DNA from: Pelagibacteraceae bacterium AG-349-L17
GTDB taxonomy: Bacteria; Pseudomonadota; Alphaproteobacteria; Pelagibacterales; Pelagibacteraceae
Assembly (NCBI GenBank): GCA_003278805.1
Contig: QCDC01000006.1
Location: 24,646-88,645, forward strand
Direction of reading: 5' to 3'
Length of the DNA stretch: 64,000 nucleotides
A program made the translations under genes and the position numbers. A model generated the notes under the pieces. The model worked only from the letters and a program-made list of their open reading frames with translations, searched no databases and was not told the DNA's origin. Numbering within the stretch: position 1 is the stretch's first letter; every line of letters begins with the position of its first letter. Shown here piece after piece: positions 57,634 to 64,000 of this stretch.

Positions 57634-58662
57634 ATGAATAAAAAAAAATTTACCTATAAAAAAAGTGGAGTTAACATCAAAGCTGCTGACAAATTTGTTG
57701 ATTTCATCTCTACAGTTTCAACAAAAAAAAGAGGCAAAAAAAAGTTTTCTAATATAGGGGGCTTTGGTTCAATTACAGATATACCAAATAACATTAAAAA
57801 ACCTAAAATCGTAGCTTGCACCGATGGTGTGGGAACTAAAATTGAAATTGCTAATACCTTAAAAAAATTTGACACAATTGGAATCGATCTAGTTGCTATG
57901 AGTGTAAATGATTTAATTGTTCAGGGGGCAAAGCCGTTACTTTTTTTAGATTATATCTCTATAAATAAAGTTGATCTAAAAAAACTTAAAGAAATAATAA
58001 AAGGAATTAAAAAAGGTTGTGATCAATCAAAATGTGAACTCGTTGGTGGAGAGACTGCTGAAATGCCTGGTACTTACGAAAAAGGGAAATTTGATATTGC
58101 GGGCTTTGCTGTAGGAGTTGTTGGAAAAGATAAAGTTTTAAGAAAAAATAAAATAAAAAAAAATAATCTAATATTAGCGATTCCTTCTAGTGGTCTACAT
58201 TCTAATGGATATTCACTTGTAAGATATTTACTTAAACAAAAAAAAATAAATATTAAAAAAAATAAATTTTTAAAATCTGAACTTTTAAAACCTACTAAAA
58301 TATATGTTAAAGAAATAATGAATTTAATAAATAACAACTTAATTAATGGTTGTGCAAATATAACTGGTGGAGGATTATCTGATAATATTAAAAGAATTAT
58401 ACCAGATAAACTTTCTGCAAATATAAGTTTAGATCAAATTAAAACTTCTAACATATTTAATTGGCTTAAAAATAATGGAATTTCTGAAAATGAAATGCTT
58501 AAAACATTTAATTGTGGGGTTGGTTTTTGTCTTATTATTGAAAGTAAAAATCTTAAAAAAATAAATAAATTTTTTTCAAAAGAATACAAGCCTTATGTGA
58601 TTGGAAAAATTTCTAAAGGTAAAAAAAAAGTTAAACTAAATGGTTCTATCAACTGGCAATAG
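57634..58662 (+). CDS. purM: Phosphoribosylformylglycinamidine cyclo-ligase
   Basis: DGVGTK, DLVAMSVNDL, GGETAEMPG and SSGLHSNGYSL motifs. Confidence 0.95.
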   Translation: MNKKKFTYKKSGVNIKAADKFVDFISTVSTKKRGKKKFSNIGGFGSITDIPNNIKKPKIVACTDGVGTKIEIANTLKKFDTIGIDLVAMSVNDLIVQGAKPLLFLDYISINKVDLKKLKEIIKGIKKGCDQSKCELVGGETAEMPGTYEKGKFDIAGFAVGVVGKDKVLRKNKIKKNNLILAIPSSGLHSNGYSLVRYLLKQKKINIKKNKFLKSELLKPTKIYVKEIMNLINNNLINGCANITGGGLSDNIKRIIPDKLSANISLDQIKTSNIFNWLKNNGISENEMLKTFNCGVGFCLIIESKNLKKINKFFSKEYKPYVIGKISKGKKKVKLNGSINWQ

Positions 58663-59221
58663 AAAAATTAGAGCAGCTGTATTTATTTCGGGCAAAGGAA
58701 GTAATTTAAAATCTCTAATAAAATTTTCAAAAACAAAGAAATCTCCTATAACTGTTGAACTTATTATTTCAAATAATTCTAAAGCAAAAGGATTGAATTA
58801 CGCCAAAATATATAAAATAAAAAAAAAGGTATTAAATTTTAAAAATAATAACTTTAGTGAAAAAAAATTACTTTCTATTTTAAAAATCAATAATATTAAG
58901 GTGATTTGTCTTGCTGGATTTATGAAAATTTTATCTAAAAATTTAATTAAGAAGTTCAAAGGAAAAATTTTGAATATACATCCGTCTTTGTTACCCAAAT
59001 ACAAAGGTTTAAATACTCATGAAAGAGCATTAAATAATAAAGAAAAGTACTCAGGTTGCACCGTTCATTTTGTAAATTCTAGGTTAGATTCAGGTAAAAT
59101 TATTCTACAAAAGAAAGTTAAAATTTCAAAAAATGAAACCAAGGCTTCTCTTGCTAAAAAAATTTTAGTTCAAGAACATAAGCTATACCCTAAAGCTATA
59201 TTAAAAATTTTTAATCTTTGA
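58640..59221 (+). CDS. purN: Phosphoribosylglycinamide formyltransferase
   Basis: FISGKGSNL, LAGFMKIL, NIHPSLLP and GCTVHFV motifs. Confidence 0.9.
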   Translation: MVLSTGNRKIRAAVFISGKGSNLKSLIKFSKTKKSPITVELIISNNSKAKGLNYAKIYKIKKKVLNFKNNNFSEKKLLSILKINNIKVICLAGFMKILSKNLIKKFKGKILNIHPSLLPKYKGLNTHERALNNKEKYSGCTVHFVNSRLDSGKIILQKKVKISKNETKASLAKKILVQEHKLYPKAILKIFNL

Positions 59222-59621
59222 AGAAAAAATCTATTTCTATTTTGGCATTTTCAATACTATCTGATCCATGCACAGAGTTTTTATCTATTGAAATTCCATA
59301 TTTTTTACGAATAGTGCCTTCGTTGGCGTCTTTTGGGTTTGTAGCTCCCATTAATTCTCTATTTTCTAAAACCGCATTCTCTTTTTCAAGAACCATGACT
59401 ACAATTGGTCCAGATGACAGATAATTACATAAATCATTATAAAATGGTTTTGTTTCATGAACTCTGTAAAATTTTTCTGCCTCAGACTTCTCAATTTGGA
59501 TTTTTTTTTCTTTCAAAATTGAAAAACCATTATTCTTGAACATTTCTTTGATCTCGTTTTCAAGATTTCTTTGAACAGCGTCGGGTTTAATGATCGATAA
59601 AGTTTTTTCTAAATTACTCAT
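59211..59621 (-). CDS. ndk: Nucleoside-diphosphate kinase
   Basis: TLSIIKPDAV and NSVHGSDS (active-site His) motifs. Confidence 0.95.
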   Translation of the reverse strand: MSNLEKTLSIIKPDAVQRNLENEIKEMFKNNGFSILKEKKIQIEKSEAEKFYRVHETKPFYNDLCNYLSSGPIVVMVLEKENAVLENRELMGATNPKDANEGTIRKKYGISIDKNSVHGSDSIENAKIEIDFFFKD

Positions 59622-61068
59622 AATTTTCCTCTATTAGTTTATTTAATAATCTTACTCCATAACCTGTAGCACCACCTGAATTTAATGCACCTCCATATTT
59701 TGAAAAGGCCATTCCAGCTATATCTAAATGTGCCCATGGTGTTTTGTTTAAAATAAATCTTTGTAAAAATTGTGCAGCAGTTGTGGATCCAGCACCTCCA
59801 ACATAATTAATATTTTGCATATCTGCATTTTTAGAGTCAATTAATTTGTCAAAATTTTTATTTAATGGCATTCTCCAAACTTTCTCCTCAACATTTTCTC
59901 CTGCATTAATCAACTGGTTTGACAATTTATCATCATTGGAAAACAAGCCTGCATATTCGGATCCTAGAGATACTATAATTGCTCCTGTTAAAGTTGCTAA
60001 ATCAACTATAAATTTTGGTTTAAATTTTTCCTCAGTATAAGTTAAAGCGTCTGCCAATACCAATCTTCCTTCAGCATCAGTATTTAAAATTTCAACTGTC
60101 TTTCCACTGTACGATTTAACTATATCTCCAGGTCTCTGCGCATTACCACCAGGCATATTTTCAACTAGCCCAACTACACCCACAGCATTTACTTTTGCAT
60201 TTCTCAAAGCTAAACTTTTCATTAATCCAACCACTACAGCAGAGCCTGCCATATCATATGTCATATCTTCCATAAATTTAGCTGGCTTAAGAGAAATACC
60301 TCCGGTATCAAAACAAACTCCTTTGCCTACAAACGCTAAAGGTTTTGATTTATCATTTAGTCCATTCCATTCCATGGTAACTAAGTAAGAGCCTCTAATG
60401 CTACCCTGACCAACTCCAAGAAGAGTATTCATTCCAAGTTTTTTTAATTTTTTTTCATCATAAACATTAATCTTCAAACCATCTTTTTTAAGATATGAAA
60501 TTCTTTTAGCATATTCGTCTGGATGCAAAACATTTCCAGGCTCAGATACTAAATCTCTAGTATAAAAAGTTCCTTCTTCTATTGCTTTAAATTTAATTTG
60601 ATCCTTTAAAGCAGGCTTGTGCTTTCCAATTACATTTATTAAAATATTTTTTTTATTTTTTTTTGACTTATATTTTTCAAATGAATATGATTTTAATTTT
60701 AAACCATGTAAAAAATATCCTACAACATTTTTTAATTTTCCTATTGCGGTATCAGAATTTACACAATATTCAGTTTGCTTAATATCCTTTAAGAGATCAT
60801 AAAATTTAGCACCCAAGTTTTCTACATCAGAGCTTGTTAGGTTTTTTTTAAGTGAAACTAGAATTATTTTTTTCTTTGAATTTATATCAAAACTAATTAT
60901 TTTTTTCTTAAGATCATTTGTCTTTAATAAGTCAAAAATATAAGAATACTCTGAAATTAAAACATATTTTTTTAATAAAGAAATGTTAAATTTTTCGTCA
61001 ACAAACAAAACTAGATTAAAGGAGTCTTTTTTGGGAACATTATTTTTATAATTTATTGTAATTGTCAT
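59614..61068 (-). CDS. pepA: Leucyl aminopeptidase (M17)
   Basis: VGKGVCFDTGGISLKP and NTDAEGRLVLAD motifs. Confidence 0.9.
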   Translation of the reverse strand: MTITINYKNNVPKKDSFNLVLFVDEKFNISLLKKYVLISEYSYIFDLLKTNDLKKKIISFDINSKKKIILVSLKKNLTSSDVENLGAKFYDLLKDIKQTEYCVNSDTAIGKLKNVVGYFLHGLKLKSYSFEKYKSKKNKKNILINVIGKHKPALKDQIKFKAIEEGTFYTRDLVSEPGNVLHPDEYAKRISYLKKDGLKINVYDEKKLKKLGMNTLLGVGQGSIRGSYLVTMEWNGLNDKSKPLAFVGKGVCFDTGGISLKPAKFMEDMTYDMAGSAVVVGLMKSLALRNAKVNAVGVVGLVENMPGGNAQRPGDIVKSYSGKTVEILNTDAEGRLVLADALTYTEEKFKPKFIVDLATLTGAIIVSLGSEYAGLFSNDDKLSNQLINAGENVEEKVWRMPLNKNFDKLIDSKNADMQNINYVGGAGSTTAAQFLQRFILNKTPWAHLDIAGMAFSKYGGALNSGGATGYGVRLLNKLIEENYE

Positions 61069-61125
61069 AAATTTAAATATTCAATAGAGAATGAATGATA
61101 TATATTTACAATTATTTAATTTTCA

Positions 61126-62232
61126 ATGAAAAAGATAATATTTAATAAAATTAGAAAAGATACTTTATTTTTATTTGTTACCCTCAGTTTGTCTTTGGGG
61201 CTGATTGTGTGGACACTACAAGCGGTAAACTATCTAGATTTTGTAACGCAAGATGGACATGGATTTAAAACCTACTTTCTATATTCTATTTTTAATTTCC
61301 CTAAAATTATACATAGGTTGATCCCATTTGTTTTTTTTATCTCACTTTTTCTAATTTTAACTAATTATGAATCAAAAAATGAATTATTAATTTTTTGGAC
61401 TCATGGGATTACTAAAGTATATTTTGCAAAAAGAATTTTATATTTCTCTTTATTTTTACTTCTATTTCAAATTTTTTTAGGAGGATATTTCTCACCATTA
61501 TCACAATTTAAATCACGTATGGTTCTCAAAGAATCAAATATTAATTATTTTACATCTTTAATCAAAGATGGAAAATTTATTAATGCAGTTAACGGATTAA
61601 CTATTTTTATAGAGGAAAAAGAAAATGATGGTTCTTTTAAAAATATTTTTATCGATGATTCTTCTAAAGGAACAACAAAGATCACCTATGCAAATAGTGG
61701 TAAAATTATTGATATTGATAAAAGAAAAGTTTTTAAGCTTTATAATGGTAGCATTATAAATAAAAATGAGGATAAAATTAATGTTTTTAAATTTGATCAA
61801 ATCAACATTGATTTATCCGATTATTCATCAAACACAATTCTAGTACCAAAAGTTCAAGAATTGTCTTCATATAAACTTATTAATTGTTCATTAATTTACT
61901 TTTACAAAATAAATAAAAATGAAATAAATTGTGATCCTTCATTTATCAAAGAAGTAAATCAGGAATTGCTAAAAAGATTTTATAAACCAATATATATTCC
62001 TTTGATTGCAATTATGTGTTGTTTTTTAATTATTTTTTCAAAAAATAGTTATAAATATAAAACCCAATCGAGATTAACTTTTTTATTTGGTTTTATTTTA
62101 TTGGTTTTTTCAGAAACAACTTTAAGATATTCGACCTCATCATCATTTTCTTTGATCATCTATTTAATTGCTCCTTTAATATTTTTTGTTATCGCATATT
62201 CAATATTTAGAATAAAATCTAAAAATGTTTAA
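61126..62232 (+). CDS. lptF: LPS export ABC permease LptF
   Basis: YjgP/YjgQ-type topology (3 TM, periplasmic beta-jellyroll, 3 TM). Divergent from pepA as in many Proteobacteria. Confidence 0.8.
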   Translation: MKKIIFNKIRKDTLFLFVTLSLSLGLIVWTLQAVNYLDFVTQDGHGFKTYFLYSIFNFPKIIHRLIPFVFFISLFLILTNYESKNELLIFWTHGITKVYFAKRILYFSLFLLLFQIFLGGYFSPLSQFKSRMVLKESNINYFTSLIKDGKFINAVNGLTIFIEEKENDGSFKNIFIDDSSKGTTKITYANSGKIIDIDKRKVFKLYNGSIINKNEDKINVFKFDQINIDLSDYSSNTILVPKVQELSSYKLINCSLIYFYKINKNEINCDPSFIKEVNQELLKRFYKPIYIPLIAIMCCFLIIFSKNSYKYKTQSRLTFLFGFILLVFSETTLRYSTSSSFSLIIYLIAPLIFFVIAYSIFRIKSKNV

Positions 62233-63304
62233 AATTTATGAAAAATATATAATTAAAAAATTTTTTAAAAATTTTTTAAATATTAGTTTAGTTTTTTTTA
62301 GTTTGGCAATTATTTTAAATATCTTTGAGGAAATTTCTTTTTTTAAAGATATGAAATCAAACCCTATCTTGCCATATTTCTTAACAATTTTAAATGCTCC
62401 AATAACTTTGTTTGAAATTTTCCCATTTATATTTTTAATTTCTTCTCAATTTTTCTTTTATGAAATATTTAAAAATGATGAATTAGCATTATTAAAAAAT
62501 AGTGGTTTAAGTAATTTCAAAGTAATAAGAACCTTATTTCTCTCAACTTTTGTGATTGGGGTCTTAATTATAGTAATATTTTATAACTTGTCTTCGAAAC
62601 TAAAATTTCTATACACTGATATCAAAAACAACTATACAAATGATAATAAATATTTAGCTGTGGTAAATGACTCTGGTTTGTGGTTAAAAGATGAGACCGA
62701 AAGTTCAATTTTAATTATAAAATCAAAAAATATAGATCAGAATTTTCTTCTAAATGTTTTAATTAATGAGTTTGATTTTAACTTTAAATTAAAAAAAACA
62801 ATACAAGCAGAAAGAGCAAATATAAATAGTAAAACATGGATATTGTACGATCCTATAGTTACTGAAAAAAATATTTCATCAAAAACGCTCAATGAATTAA
62901 AATTTAAAACTAATTTTGATGATGCTAAAATAAGAAACTTATTTTCAAATTTTTCTACTCTTCATCTACTAGAACTATTCAATTTAAAGAAAGATTACGA
63001 AAAATTAGGTTATTCTTCTGACGAAATTAAAATACACATATTAAAGCTTTTTTTATCACCTTATTTCTTTGCTTTGATGACCTTATTATCCTCAATTATA
63101 ATGATTAATATTAGTAAAAATAAATCAATTTTTTTTAACGTAATTATAGGAATATTTACCTCTGTGATGATTTATTATTTTAATTTTATTTTTTTCTCAC
63201 TAGGAAATACTGGAAAAATTCCACCTACAGTATCAGTATTTTTGCCCAGTTTATTTTTAACAATAATTTCAATAATAGGATTGATTAGAATAAATGAAAA
63301 ATAA
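62225..63304 (+). CDS. lptG: LPS export ABC permease LptG
   Basis: Paralogous YjgP/YjgQ topology. 8-nt overlap with lptF. Confidence 0.8.
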   Translation: MFKIYEKYIIKKFFKNFLNISLVFFSLAIILNIFEEISFFKDMKSNPILPYFLTILNAPITLFEIFPFIFLISSQFFFYEIFKNDELALLKNSGLSNFKVIRTLFLSTFVIGVLIIVIFYNLSSKLKFLYTDIKNNYTNDNKYLAVVNDSGLWLKDETESSILIIKSKNIDQNFLLNVLINEFDFNFKLKKTIQAERANINSKTWILYDPIVTEKNISSKTLNELKFKTNFDDAKIRNLFSNFSTLHLLELFNLKKDYEKLGYSSDEIKIHILKLFLSPYFFALMTLLSSIIMINISKNKSIFFNVIIGIFTSVMIYYFNFIFFSLGNTGKIPPTVSVFLPSLFLTIISIIGLIRINEK

Positions 63305-64000
63305 ACTACTATTATTATTAATTTATGTATTTTTTTTTACTGGGAACTCAATTGCAGAAGAATATATATTTGAGGTATCTAAAATTGAATTAAATGATAA
63401 AGGAAACTTAATCTATGCTTCCGATGGAAAAATAATTTCAGAAAAAAAAGATATAGAAATTACGGCTGAAGAATTTAATTATACAAAAAATATTGATTTA
63501 TTAGAAGCGTTAAATGGAAGTGCATTAATTAAAAATCAAAATATCAAAATAGTTTTTGATGTTCTTAGAATCAAAAATAAAAATATTTTAAAAGCTACTA
63601 ATGGTGTTGAAATAGAAGATTTAAAAAACTTCCTTAATATAAAGAGTGAAAATATTGTTTTGGATAGATCTGAAAATAAACTTACAGCTACTAATGGTGT
63701 TGAAATAGAAGATTTAAAAAACTTCCTTAATATAAAGAGTGAAAATATTGTTTTGGATAGATCAAATAATTTTATTAAAGTAACGGAAAATATAAAAATT
63801 AATGATTTAAAAAATTTATTTAATATTCAAGCTGAAACGCTATTTTTAGATAGATCAAAAAACATATTAAATTCTAATACAGAATCTAGCCTAACTGATA
63901 AGTATGGAAATAATTTTAAATCAAAAAAGTTCGAATACAACATTAATAAGAAAAATGTTAAAATTTTTGAAGCAACAATTAAAGATAATGATAAAAACAA
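63294..64000 (+). CDS. lptD: LPS-assembly protein LptD (OstA), N-terminal part, 3' end outside the window
   Basis: Absent from the ORF track because it has no stop in the window. The ATG at 63294 overlaps lptG by 11 nt and the frame is open to 64000. It has signal peptide MKNKLLLLLIYVFFFTGNSIA and repeated beta-strand units. lptFG-lptD order is usual in Alphaproteobacteria. Confidence 0.65.
   Translation, partial: MKNKLLLLLIYVFFFTGNSIAEEYIFEVSKIELNDKGNLIYASDGKIISEKKDIEITAEEFNYTKNIDLLEALNGSALIKNQNIKIVFDVLRIKNKNILKATNGVEIEDLKNFLNIKSENIVLDRSENKLTATNGVEIEDLKNFLNIKSENIVLDRSNNFIKVTENIKINDLKNLFNIQAETLFLDRSKNILNSNTESSLTDKYGNNFKSKKFEYNINKKNVKIFEATIKDNDKN
63594..63763 (+). repeat. Perfect 77-nt direct repeat, two copies with a 93-nt period, in frame inside lptD
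   Basis: gctactaatggtgttgaaatagaagatttaaaaaacttccttaatataaagagtgaaaatattgttttggatagatc occurs at 63594..63670 and again at 63687..63763. Confidence 0.9.

Noticed and set aside
1-64000. Searched for tRNA/rRNA genes, IS elements, integrases, phage or defence modules (restriction-modification, toxin-antitoxin, CBASS-like, abortive-infection ATPases).
   Set aside because: No intergenic spacer is long or GC-rich enough for a tRNA. Apart from the 31828..32073 gap, all spacers of 100 nt or more are divergent promoter regions. No ORF shows transposase, recombinase, nuclease-helicase or toxin-like motifs. The gene content is core housekeeping and metabolic with conserved synteny.

Overview
Strongly AT-rich, extremely compact chromosomal segment with alphaproteobacterial synteny (NDUFA12-DUF2155 next to aroQ-accBC, hdaA near purMN, pepA<>lptFG-lptD). 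The compaction and composition look like a SAR11/Pelagibacterales-type streamlined genome. About 75 genes are nearly all recognisable. From left to right: (i) a ~14 kb polyol/inositol-like catabolic island: PhyH oxygenase, two dehydrogenase + TIM-barrel pairs including IolG/IolE, a sugar-type ABC importer with two ATPases, split DhaL/DhaK, 2-hydroxyacid dehydrogenase and an aldo-keto reductase. (ii) a ~10 kb molybdoenzyme island: moaACDE, msrPQ, a form-II coxSLM-type dehydrogenase with coxG, split xdhC, mocA-like and moaB. (iii) tauE, a 2OG-oxygenase and a homocysteine methyltransferase, then glnA. (iv) an Rrf2-sufBCDSUTA operon with a recognisable IscR-like operator. (v) housekeeping genes: anmK, tyrS, prfB with its +1 frameshift, mrcA, rne, thiSG, aroQ-accBC, aspS, hdaA, purMN, ndk, pepA and lptFGD. 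I found no rRNA, tRNA, CRISPR, IS/transposase, integrase, phage or defence-type genes, and only one transcription factor (Rrf2). I do not see convincing evidence for a novel multi-gene system. The items most worth follow-up are the DhaM-less split DHA kinase inside an ABC importer operon, the stand-alone NrdJ-C-terminal (TSCPD-like) protein, the TPR protein with an unassigned Cys-containing C-terminal domain, the tauE/2OG-oxygenase/Hcy-methyltransferase trio, a perfect 77-nt in-frame tandem duplication in lptD, and an unannotated 56-codon ORF after sufA. All family calls come from motif and synteny recognition by eye; no searches were run.
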